From assembly GCA_040755995.1 (NCBI GenBank), contig JBFMAF010000033.1:32001-96000 (forward strand): a DNA stretch of 64,000 nucleotides, written 5' to 3'. The DNA is from Acidobacteriota bacterium (lineage in GTDB: Bacteria > Acidobacteriota > CAIWXX01). Shown here in pieces: positions 10,368-18,860 of the stretch. Each line of letters starts with the position of its first letter. Positions within the stretch are counted from its first letter, which is position 1. The notes beneath the pieces were generated by a model. That model had not been told where the DNA came from and did no database searches. It saw nothing but the letters and a program-made list of their open reading frames with translations. The translations under genes were made by a program, and so were the position numbers.

Positions 10368-11514
10368 GACTGTCCATCCAATCCAGGGTACTCAGTACTG
10401 ATTCTACTTCAAGATCAAGCCTGCCGGGCGAGAGCCGGTAGCTCCGGACGCCCTCCAGCAGAGCGTTCAGCTCCATGAAAAGCTTGCCGGGCTTGCGCCC
10501 ATCACCTGTGAAGTGGGCCGCAGTCTCCCTCTTCATCTCGCGAAGCAGATAGAAGCAAGCCTCGTCGTTCCGCATCCGAGACAGCACCGGCATTCGGTCG
10601 AAGTCGTGAGCACTACTGGTGACTCGATGAGCGTCCCAGATGTCATCTCTGTGTCTTTCCAGAATCGCGGAAATCCGCCTCGTCGACTCCGGACTCCGGG
10701 CGTAGCGTATCTGATACTCGTTTCCCCATTCGTCCCTTTCGACGACAATCACATGGTCCAGCGCGGCGAGCTCGGAGAGAATCGGCGCTTCCTTCCCGAT
10801 TCGAATTGCCATTCGAAGCTCTTCCTCACGCGCCGGCTCCTCAGCCGGCATGAGACAGATCAGCGATCTCAAACGGCAGGCCTCACGCACGAGCGGCAGC
10901 TCCAGCTCGTCGGGTTTCATGGGTGTCTTGTCACGGCGAGCGGCAGACTCATCTGGCACCCTGCTTCCGCGGTCGCCGGCGATCACATCCCTCGACCTTA
11001 TCCAAAGCCCTCGCGGAAACGGATGCACCAATCGCGTCTTCCTGTTGATCGGGGCGAAATCGTCCGAGAGGAAACCGAACCCGTTCTCCACAAGCCTCAA
11101 GGCCAGGGTTGTCTTGCCCGATCCGGGCGGCCCGCTGATCGCGATCGCCTCGCGTTCCCTCGCTACTACTGCTGCATGCAAGATGAGGTAATCGGAAGCA
11201 GCGCCCAGGACCGCCCTGCTGATGTTCTGGAATACGTAGGCCGCAGGGAAAGGCCGCCCGTCTCTCGGGCAGGGCGTTCCGTTGATCTTGAGGAATGCGG
11301 CGCTCGGGGACCGTTTCGATTCGAACGACAGCGAAATCTGAGGCTCGCCAGAGAGGCACGGCAGCGCACAGAAGCCGTACTCCTGATCGAGCCGCTCCAG
11401 GAGGGGAACCGAATCTGAGCGGATCTCGACTGAGACGTCCAAAACCCGGTAACACCTTGACGCCCCACTGCGCTCAGAAGGCGTCGGCCGAGCCTCGCCT
11501 GATACAGCGCGCAT
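10345..11514 (-). CDS. HprK-related P-loop kinase
   Basis: ILHAAVV, SGPPGSGKTT, FLSDDFAPI, VHPFPR are the HprK-like kinase signature. Confidence 0.8.
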   Translation of the reverse strand: MRAVSGEARPTPSERSGASRCYRVLDVSVEIRSDSVPLLERLDQEYGFCALPCLSGEPQISLSFESKRSPSAAFLKINGTPCPRDGRPFPAAYVFQNISRAVLGAASDYLILHAAVVAREREAIAISGPPGSGKTTLALRLVENGFGFLSDDFAPINRKTRLVHPFPRGLWIRSRDVIAGDRGSRVPDESAARRDKTPMKPDELELPLVREACRLRSLICLMPAEEPAREEELRMAIRIGKEAPILSELAALDHVIVVERDEWGNEYQIRYARSPESTRRISAILERHRDDIWDAHRVTSSAHDFDRMPVLSRMRNDEACFYLLREMKRETAAHFTGDGRKPGKLFMELNALLEGVRSYRLSPGRLDLEVESVLSTLDWMDSHDTCANR

Positions 11515-11516
11515 GC

Positions 11517-12875
11517 CTAGTCCGCCGAAGACGCGCGATCGAACTTGTCGAGGATCCGGTCAAACGCGAGCTGGTAGGCCCGCCTGCGATAGTTGCAGAA
11601 GGCGTCAGTTTCGAAGATTGTCCCGTGGTTGTCCAGCGCCTGTCCCATGCATCCCGCCTGGCACAAGTTCTTCCACGTACACGGCCGGCACCTTTCTATG
11701 GTATTCCGACGGCTAGCGAGTGCCTTGCAGGTCTCCATCATCTTCGGTGAACGAATCAAGCGGGAGGTGCCGTCATCGATCACGTTTCCCAGCTTGAATT
11801 CGTCCCGCATCATCAGCACGCAAGGGAACGCATCACTATCGACCCCGATGACCAGGGAGTTGCCGACCGGGCACCAGATCCCATCGCTTGTGTCGGGTTG
11901 GGGCATCTTCAAGATGAAGCCGCTCAAGCCGCAAGTCACCGCCACAGAGCAGGCCGCGTCTCTCGTACCAGGCCGGCTGAGGTCGAACAGACTCTCATAG
12001 TCTTCGATCTGCATAGAAGCCCCCACCGATTGCCAATGCTTCTCAGCATTCCCGACCTTCCTCAGGGGGAGGAATCTGACTCTCGGGATCCCGAGACGTT
12101 CTGCCAGGCCGACGATACGCTTCTGGTCATGGAGATTCTGCTTCATGACGGTCGCGGCCAGCGTGATCATATCTCCCAGGCCGGCATTCTGGAGACTTTC
12201 CAGCGCCTGCATTGTTCGCTTGAAACTGCCGCGGCCCCGGATGGCATCGTTTGTCTCTTCGTCCGATCCGTCGAGACTTACCTGGATGGCCGGCCTGATC
12301 TCACCGGCAAGGAAGGAGGCCCAATCTTCGTCGATCTGAGTACCGTTCGTGAGTATCTGTATGCCTGTCTTCCCCACCGCGTGTTTCAGGATAGGTACGA
12401 TATCAGGATGGAGCAGCGGTTCGCCTCCGCTCAGCGTAACGAGCTCGCCTCCCTCCTCCGCGAGCTCGTCGATCAGTCTGATGACCACGGCCGCCGGAAG
12501 GTCGGCATTCGAACGGGACGGATAGTAGCAATGCTGGCATGGAAGGTTGCACCGTGTGGTCAGATGGATGAAGAGAGCCAGCAGACTTGGTGACCTCGAT
12601 GGCGCAGTCGTGTCGCAAGGCGTGAAGCCACACCTTTCGAGTTGCAAGGCAACCGCTCGCACATCTTGGTGTGCCACGTCTGGAGGCAACTCGTACCTGT
12701 CGCTCAAGCAGAGAGCCACGTCCTCCGGCGGCTCGCCGCGCATGAGTCGCTGCGCGATCTCTGTCGCGCTGTGATTGGCGACAAACCACTCCGGGCGATG
12801 CGGATGCAGAATGACCTCGCTCCCGCCTCGTCTCTCGCTCCCCGTCCGAGGCGGATAGAGCAGAGGGCGCGCCAT
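11517..12875 (-). CDS. Radical SAM/SPASM peptide maturase with N-terminal RRE-like domain
   Basis: CNLPCQHC, SGGEPLLH, SLDG, SPASM cysteines (CPVG..PCV..CRPCTWKNLCQAGC..FC); start taken at MARPLL just after the precursor stop. Confidence 0.9.
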   Translation of the reverse strand: MARPLLYPPRTGSERRGGSEVILHPHRPEWFVANHSATEIAQRLMRGEPPEDVALCLSDRYELPPDVAHQDVRAVALQLERCGFTPCDTTAPSRSPSLLALFIHLTTRCNLPCQHCYYPSRSNADLPAAVVIRLIDELAEEGGELVTLSGGEPLLHPDIVPILKHAVGKTGIQILTNGTQIDEDWASFLAGEIRPAIQVSLDGSDEETNDAIRGRGSFKRTMQALESLQNAGLGDMITLAATVMKQNLHDQKRIVGLAERLGIPRVRFLPLRKVGNAEKHWQSVGASMQIEDYESLFDLSRPGTRDAACSVAVTCGLSGFILKMPQPDTSDGIWCPVGNSLVIGVDSDAFPCVLMMRDEFKLGNVIDDGTSRLIRSPKMMETCKALASRRNTIERCRPCTWKNLCQAGCMGQALDNHGTIFETDAFCNYRRRAYQLAFDRILDKFDRASSAD

Positions 12876-12880
12876 GGAGC

Positions 12881-13096
12881 TCAACCGGGCCTGGGTCTCC
12901 GCTTGTACTTTCGCTGATAGGGTGTAGCAGGGTTGAGTGTGCAGGTCGGAGAGCCGGTGCATGCCAGGGCAGGTCCGATCTGCTCCAGGATCTGCTCGCT
13001 CGTGTACGTTACGATTCTCGGTGCGACATACTTGGGCGGGTCCTGCTCGATCTCTTTTTCAGCATGAGTGCATTCACGCGGATCATCTGGAATCAT
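12881..13096 (-). CDS. Putative RiPP precursor peptide
   Basis: 71 aa, RBS ggggaggg; YVAPRIVTY leader (YxxP RRE-binding type), then EQILEQIGPALA and Cys/Thr/Pro-rich CTGSPTCTLNP; directly upstream of the radical SAM gene. Confidence 0.75.
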   Translation of the reverse strand: MIPDDPRECTHAEKEIEQDPPKYVAPRIVTYTSEQILEQIGPALACTGSPTCTLNPATPYQRKYKRRPRPG

Positions 13097-13483
13097 CTTC
13101 CCTCCCCACTATCCTATTCCCCGGGAACCCAGCCCGTATTCTGCACCAAGCGGAGGATTTTTTCCAGAGGGTCATTCATTTCATTTCGATGATCGATTCA
13201 TCCGTGTGGACACCCGCCGGTTTCCAGTCGTGGCGGAGAATGGCGGGAATCGTCCTGATTCCGCGTTTGCACTAGTGGGAACGAAACACAGGTGTGGGGA
13301 GAAGCAGGCAGAAATCCGGCGGCGCAACGTGGGTCTAGCGCGCGCGATCGGTTGTCGAAGAAAAGAGTGGCGCGTTCGACAGCGTTGGCGCTCGATGTGT
13401 ACTGTGAGAGGCACATCGGGAGACGAGCCAATCCGGCCGAACAACATCCAGGTGATGCAAGCCTGGCATAGAAGGAGGAGCAC

Positions 13484-14704
13484 ATGGCAGGTCCAGGTCC
13501 AGTGGGCACCAAACCCGTCGTGGTCCCGCCGGCCACCCAGCAATCAGGCGCGGTCACCAAGGCAGGGACGAAGAGCACATCGCCATTCACTCTACCGGTC
13601 CTCGACGAGACGAAGCTGGGGAAAAGGATCGACGAGGCATTCAGTCGATTCGACCTGAGTGGGCTGCAACGGACCAAATCGAGCGCCTCCTCCCGGGGGT
13701 CTCAGGCCGTTTCAAACACCAAGGTGGAGGACAATGCCGGTCCCGAACGCACCGTCACGGTGAGGGACAGGAGAGGCAACGCCTTCCAGATCGAGTTCAC
13801 ACCGAACCCAAAGAGCAGCAAACGAATCATCGGCGACCACGCGCTCTCGAGGAACGCGATGATCTCGATGATACAGAAAAAGGGAAAAATGGCCGAATGG
13901 GACAAGCTCGACAAACACGACATCAACGGCGTCAAGAAGTTCATGGACCGCATGAATCTGTCGACCGAGGACAAGGTCAAGTTCGTCAACAACTACCTCA
14001 CGAGTTTCTACAATCATCCTGGCAAAGACATAGCATGGAGGGGCAACCCCCCTCTCCAGGACGCCATCAACGCAGTTCCCGTGGACAAACAGGGCAGAAA
14101 GTACCTGGACTGCGAAGGCTACACCAGACTCGCCGGACACCTCCTCGGAGAATCGAAGGTCAACCACTATGCTCTCGACGCCGAGGGGAGTGGAGGCCGC
14201 GATCACCAGGTGGCAGTCTTCCGCGAGGGTGGCAAAGCCTACGTGATCAACAATAATCAGATCACCAAGGTGGATGCTTCTAACTCAGACGCGGACGCAA
14301 TACGCGAGGCGCATCCGGGCCACAAGGACATCGTGCGCGATACATCCGGCCCGATGGCTTATGGCACCGAGATGTACAAGAAGGGCCAGAGCATCCACGG
14401 CTCAATCCCACATGCGCACGTCGACCGAATCGTCGACCCGAAGACCATGATCGGCCAGGTCAACGACCCGAGACGGGGCAGCTACCACATCAAGATCTCG
14501 GTCGATCCCGGGACGGGAAGACTGAGCAGGAAGATGGACCTCCGAGCCGGCAACGAGCTCAGGGACACGGCCGGCAATACGATCACCATCACCAAGAGAA
14601 ATCCAGATGGCACGTACCAGGCCATGAAAGAAGACAGCCGCGGGCGGTTCACACAGGTGTGCGTAACCGTTACTCCGAAGGGCGACAATTGGAGCTGGCG
14701 TTAG
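13484..14704 (+). CDS. Hypothetical protein with a transglutaminase/papain-like Cys-His-Asn motif set
   Basis: RBS aaggaggag; LDCEGY...DHQVAVF...AYVINN; low-complexity N-terminus. Confidence 0.55.
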   Translation: MAGPGPVGTKPVVVPPATQQSGAVTKAGTKSTSPFTLPVLDETKLGKRIDEAFSRFDLSGLQRTKSSASSRGSQAVSNTKVEDNAGPERTVTVRDRRGNAFQIEFTPNPKSSKRIIGDHALSRNAMISMIQKKGKMAEWDKLDKHDINGVKKFMDRMNLSTEDKVKFVNNYLTSFYNHPGKDIAWRGNPPLQDAINAVPVDKQGRKYLDCEGYTRLAGHLLGESKVNHYALDAEGSGGRDHQVAVFREGGKAYVINNNQITKVDASNSDADAIREAHPGHKDIVRDTSGPMAYGTEMYKKGQSIHGSIPHAHVDRIVDPKTMIGQVNDPRRGSYHIKISVDPGTGRLSRKMDLRAGNELRDTAGNTITITKRNPDGTYQAMKEDSRGRFTQVCVTVTPKGDNWSWR

Positions 14705-14732
14705 GCCGCTCCGAAGCTGGTGGCGGGGGGAG

Positions 14733-15794
14733 TCAGGGCACCGGCTCCAGCACCATGTCCCCGCTTCCGGTGTCTACCTCGATACGGACGCGCCCGTCGC
14801 CTCGGCGGTAGCCGATCACCTCGCGGCCTTCCACGATCGGCTGCGCATCGGAGAACCCGTTCTCGATATCGCCGCTCCCCTGGTCGGCTATGGCTTCGAA
14901 GCCGACGTTCGCAGCCAGCCGGATCGTGACGTCACCGCTGCCCGTGTCCGCCTTGATCGACCTCAGCCGGTCCCCGCGCGTATCCACCTCGACATCGCCC
15001 GAACCGGTGTCGGCCGAAAACTCCTCGGCATCCGCGCTCAACAGAATTATGTCGCCCGAGCCGGTGTCGGCCTCGATCCGTTTCGCCGCGGCCGTGCGCA
15101 CCTCGACCCTCCCCGAACCGGTGTCGCAAACGAGCTTCTCTCCGTTGAATGCGTAGACCTTGCAATCGCCGCTCCCGGTGTCGCACCTCAGCATCCCGTT
15201 CACATCGGTCGCCGAGATGTCGCCGGACCCGGTATCTGCAACCACGTCACCCTTGATCTTGTTGATCGCGATTTCGCCCGTGCCAGTGTCGAAAAGATAC
15301 TTGCCCTCGATCCCCTCGGCCTCGAGCCTCCCGACATGATTCACGAAGTTGCCGTCCATCCAGCGCGCCGGAACGCGGACCTCCAGGTCCGCATAGAGCA
15401 GCACACCGGAGTGCCGGCTGACCGACACATTGTGGTAACCGTCGTAGTCCATGTTCGAGCTGCCGCTCGCCGAATAGCGATAGGTCTTGTATCGGTCGAG
15501 CGGGTACCGTACACGGATGCACGGACGCCCCTTGTCGTTGGTAACGACGTCGAGCCGGAGCAGACCTGCAAGCTCGTTGCTCTCAGCGTGCACCGTGCCC
15601 GTCACGGTGACGGCGGGGCCCTGCCCCTGAAGCACCTTCATGTCTCCCACCAGGTTCTCTACCGCAAATGGTTCCTTCAACTCGGATGAGAACGCGCGCT
15701 GAATCTGCTTGGTGACCATCTCGGCCGAAAGCATGCCGGGAATGACGAGAACCGCGAGAAGCACAACAACGGATCGACCCATGAAGCCACGCAT
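14733..15794 (-). CDS. DUF4097 family beta-strand repeat (adhesin-like) protein
   Basis: Signal peptide, many DTGSGD repeats; RBS gaggagg before MRGFMG. Confidence 0.85.
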   Translation of the reverse strand: MRGFMGRSVVVLLAVLVIPGMLSAEMVTKQIQRAFSSELKEPFAVENLVGDMKVLQGQGPAVTVTGTVHAESNELAGLLRLDVVTNDKGRPCIRVRYPLDRYKTYRYSASGSSNMDYDGYHNVSVSRHSGVLLYADLEVRVPARWMDGNFVNHVGRLEAEGIEGKYLFDTGTGEIAINKIKGDVVADTGSGDISATDVNGMLRCDTGSGDCKVYAFNGEKLVCDTGSGRVEVRTAAAKRIEADTGSGDIILLSADAEEFSADTGSGDVEVDTRGDRLRSIKADTGSGDVTIRLAANVGFEAIADQGSGDIENGFSDAQPIVEGREVIGYRRGDGRVRIEVDTGSGDMVLEPVP

Positions 15795-15921
15795 ACCACA
15801 CCTCCTCAATATCGCACCACTCCTCCAGACGAAACCGAGTCGCGAAAAGTTCCCGCTCAGCGCTTCTCCGCCCGTTTGACTTGGAAACGGCGGACCGGAA
15901 TGCATACAATCTGCGGGAAGA

Positions 15922-16701
15922 ATGGGACGATCAGCTGACCTTGATTTCGAACGCTGCGCGCGAGCGCTATTCGCTAGGATTCCCGAATACGCATCCAACT
16001 CGGTAGAGGTGGCCAGGATCGCCAAGTCTCTGCTGAGCATCGCTGAGGCGCCCGGCCTGCGGGCCGCCCTTCCCGATGCACCGCGCCACGCCTCCGCGAT
16101 CCACGGTGCAGTCGCGGCGGCCGACCCGGAACGTCTCGAAGCGGCCATGCTCGGGCTTTATGCGAAATTACACGAGCTGGGCGCGGCCTACTCGGCAGAT
16201 GAGCGATCGCGGCTGTACGTGAAGCGCGGGTACATGTGCCACGCCGGAGGGCTTTCGCCCATTCTGCGGGCGGGTCCTTTCATACGAAGCGACACGATCT
16301 CGATCGACCTCGGCGCCGGCAACGGTCTCCAGGGACTGCTCCTCCAGCTCATCCATCCTCATCGCAGAACGATCCAGGTGGAGCTCAGCGCATCGCTGAT
16401 CGAGGCCGGCCGGCGACTCCAGGCGCTGATGTTAATCGAGCCGGCGCGCATCGAGTGGCGGCGGCAGGACATCGCCGAAGCGAATGTCCACGAGGCGAGT
16501 TTCATTTACCTGTACAGGCCGGCCAGGCCAGTCGACGGAGGCAGGAAGGTGTACGAGGCAATCGCCGGGCGGCTGAACACACATGCCGCCGGTGTAGTGG
16601 TATTCAGCGTGGCCGACTGCCTCCGGGCTCTCTTGAGCCGGGACTTCAAGATCGTCTTCGCGGACGGGCATCTGACCTGCTTCCGGAAGGACGGCACATA
16701 G
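15922..16701 (+). CDS. SAM-dependent methyltransferase-like protein
   Basis: IDLGAGNG motif I, QVELS, FIYLYRP. Confidence 0.6.
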   Translation: MGRSADLDFERCARALFARIPEYASNSVEVARIAKSLLSIAEAPGLRAALPDAPRHASAIHGAVAAADPERLEAAMLGLYAKLHELGAAYSADERSRLYVKRGYMCHAGGLSPILRAGPFIRSDTISIDLGAGNGLQGLLLQLIHPHRRTIQVELSASLIEAGRRLQALMLIEPARIEWRRQDIAEANVHEASFIYLYRPARPVDGGRKVYEAIAGRLNTHAAGVVVFSVADCLRALLSRDFKIVFADGHLTCFRKDGT

Positions 16702-16702
16702 C

Positions 16703-17722
16703 ATGTGGATTGAGGCGCAGGTCGCACGATTGAAGGAGGCGTTCTCGCGGCTTCGTGATCCGCTGGTCGTGGCGCTGCATTGCGCGGAGGCCGCGTCTCC
16801 ACTCTGGGATCGGCTCTCAGAGGTTGCTCGATCGCTTGAAGGGCTTGGGCAGGGGATGGTACGCGTCGAGGAAGTTGAAGCACCGGAGCTCCCAGCGCTG
16901 CCCGCCCTGAGCCTGGCCTGCGGCAAGGGCCGCGGGATTAGTTACGCAGCGGTTCCCGAGGGGCCCGAGGCGGCGCCGTTCATTCGCGCGATCGCGCGCC
17001 TCACCGGGGTCGAACCGAGCCCGACCGGAGCGTGGACGGCTCAGGTCTCGAACCACGCGCGGCCGGCTGAGATCATCGTCTTCATCGCGCCGGCATGCCC
17101 GTTTTGCCCGCGCACGGTCCAGGGGGCGCTGGACGTGGCGCTGACCAGCGCACAAGTGCGGCTTTCGATCGTGGACGTCGAGCGGTTTCCGAAGCTTGCG
17201 GCTCAGTACTCGGTCCAATCCGTTCCGATGACTCTCGTGGACCGTCAACTGGCGCGCGTGGGGATCCTATCGTCTTCGGAGCTGGCCGAGCTCCTGGTCG
17301 CCACGACGGAGCGGGATTACGTCGAGCGCGTGTTTCTATCTCGAATCGAGACGGGGCAGCTCGACGACGCGGCAGCGGATCTCCGGGCCGGGCGTGGTCT
17401 GGATCACTTCGCGTCGCTGTGGCTCAAGAGCACGACCTCGACGCGCATATCTCTGATGATGCTGGCCGAGATGGTGCTGGAAGGACGCCGTATGGCGCTC
17501 GATGCGCTTGTTCCTCGACTGCTTCCAGTGCTCTCGTCGGCCGACGTGCCATTGAGAGGGGATACAGCCGATCTTCTGCGACAGATCGCGCACCCAGCGG
17601 CCGCCGATGCTCTCACGGCCCTGCTTCAAGACCCGAATCCGGACGTCGCCGAAGTCGCCGCGGATGCGCTTGCGGCAATCGAGGCGCGGCGGGCACGCGA
17701 GACAGGATCGGAGGAAGCCTGA
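16703..17722 (+). CDS. Thioredoxin-fold (AhpF N-terminal-like) protein with C-terminal HEAT repeats
   Basis: CPFC motif, VQSVPMT cis-Pro loop, RGDTADLL...DPNPDVAEVAADAL HEAT repeat. Confidence 0.8.
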   Translation: MWIEAQVARLKEAFSRLRDPLVVALHCAEAASPLWDRLSEVARSLEGLGQGMVRVEEVEAPELPALPALSLACGKGRGISYAAVPEGPEAAPFIRAIARLTGVEPSPTGAWTAQVSNHARPAEIIVFIAPACPFCPRTVQGALDVALTSAQVRLSIVDVERFPKLAAQYSVQSVPMTLVDRQLARVGILSSSELAELLVATTERDYVERVFLSRIETGQLDDAAADLRAGRGLDHFASLWLKSTTSTRISLMMLAEMVLEGRRMALDALVPRLLPVLSSADVPLRGDTADLLRQIAHPAAADALTALLQDPNPDVAEVAADALAAIEARRARETGSEEA

Positions 17723-17771
17723 TTCTGAGCCGGAGGGAGTCTGCCCCGCTGGATCGCGTGGAGCGCAGGAA

Positions 17772-18725
17772 TCAGCGGGAGATCTTCTTGCAGAACTCCC
17801 AGATCACCTCATTTGCGTCGATATCCCTCGACGTCTTCCCGATGATGCGTTCCCACAAGTACTGCCGGCCGCCCGGCCATGTGTGCCCGCCGCCGTCGAT
17901 AATGTACGCGGCGACCCGGCTGCCGTTCCTGCCCGCGCCGTAGTCTTCCAGCCTTACGGTGGTTCCGTCGCCGGGGTCTACGTCGGGGAGATTGGTGATA
18001 GCGGGCTTCGTGGAGCAGCCGTTGTTGCCGAGCCAGTATCGAATGGAGTCGTAGACGGAGATCACCTTACCTCTTTTCAACCAGCCCACCTGCACGTCAC
18101 CTCCGTCGAATGGAACCAGCGGATCGTCGACACCGCTGATGACGAGCAGCGAGACGGGAGCCGTGGCGGAGCAGCTCCGGGGCATGTCGACTGACATTGA
18201 GGAGGCGACCGGAGCGATGGCAGCGATCTTGGGCGAGAGACTGCATGCCAGGCGGTACGACATCATCCCGCCGTTGGAGATGCCGGTCAGGTAGACGCGG
18301 CGCGGATCGACGCGGTGTTCCGCGATCATCCGGTCGATGAGCGCCGAGATGAAACCCACGTCGTCTATCTTTTTCAGATGCGCCCTGTCCCATGCGCCCT
18401 TCCTGCCGTCGTTCCAGTGTTTGTCATATCCTTGCGGATAGACCACGATGAACCCGTCACGGTCGGCCAGGCGATTCAGCCCGCCCTTCGTCAGTGTCAC
18501 CATACCCTGTGCCGTTCCCCCTCCGCCGTGGAGCACCAGCATGAGCGGCGGTGAGACATCCTGGGGAAGGTTTGCGGGAACATGAGCCAACCACGTTCGT
18601 TCATAGCCGTCCCAGTTCATCCTGCCCACGTAGTCCCCGGCGGCCGTAGCTCCCGTACATCCCCACGCAATCAGCGCGACCAGGACCTGAATAGCCAGCC
18701 CGGCGTTCTTCGATCGCCCCCTCAT
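17772..18725 (-). CDS. Secreted LpqC/PHB depolymerase-family esterase
   Basis: LVLHGGGG, GISNGG nucleophile elbow, DDVGFI, GGGHTWPG. Confidence 0.9.
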   Translation of the reverse strand: MRGRSKNAGLAIQVLVALIAWGCTGATAAGDYVGRMNWDGYERTWLAHVPANLPQDVSPPLMLVLHGGGGTAQGMVTLTKGGLNRLADRDGFIVVYPQGYDKHWNDGRKGAWDRAHLKKIDDVGFISALIDRMIAEHRVDPRRVYLTGISNGGMMSYRLACSLSPKIAAIAPVASSMSVDMPRSCSATAPVSLLVISGVDDPLVPFDGGDVQVGWLKRGKVISVYDSIRYWLGNNGCSTKPAITNLPDVDPGDGTTVRLEDYGAGRNGSRVAAYIIDGGGHTWPGGRQYLWERIIGKTSRDIDANEVIWEFCKKISR

Positions 18726-18860
18726 AGCCCGCCTCCTTTCTACTCTCTTTGTTCTCGCGACGATGAAAAAGGTTTAGCGGTTGATTGGCGGGGAAGCTGA
18801 TGGAGGCCAGCGGGCACGCGTCTGTGGGCTCCGCGCCTCGTCTCGGATGTCGCCGGCGGA

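Noticed and set aside
12876..12962. Extended N-terminus of the radical SAM ORF
   Set aside because: Overlaps the better-supported precursor ORF; ATG 12875 follows the precursor stop
6770..13096. Lasso peptide or PQQ biosynthesis cluster
   Set aside because: No asparagine-synthetase-like cyclase, no lasso B2 protease in the operon, and no pqqB/pqqC
14860..15300. Repeated gacaccggc-type DNA units
   Set aside because: Explained by the DTGSGD protein repeats
15795..16148. Extended N-terminus of the DUF4097 ORF
   Set aside because: Overlaps the opposite-strand gene; RBS and signal peptide fit a start at 15794
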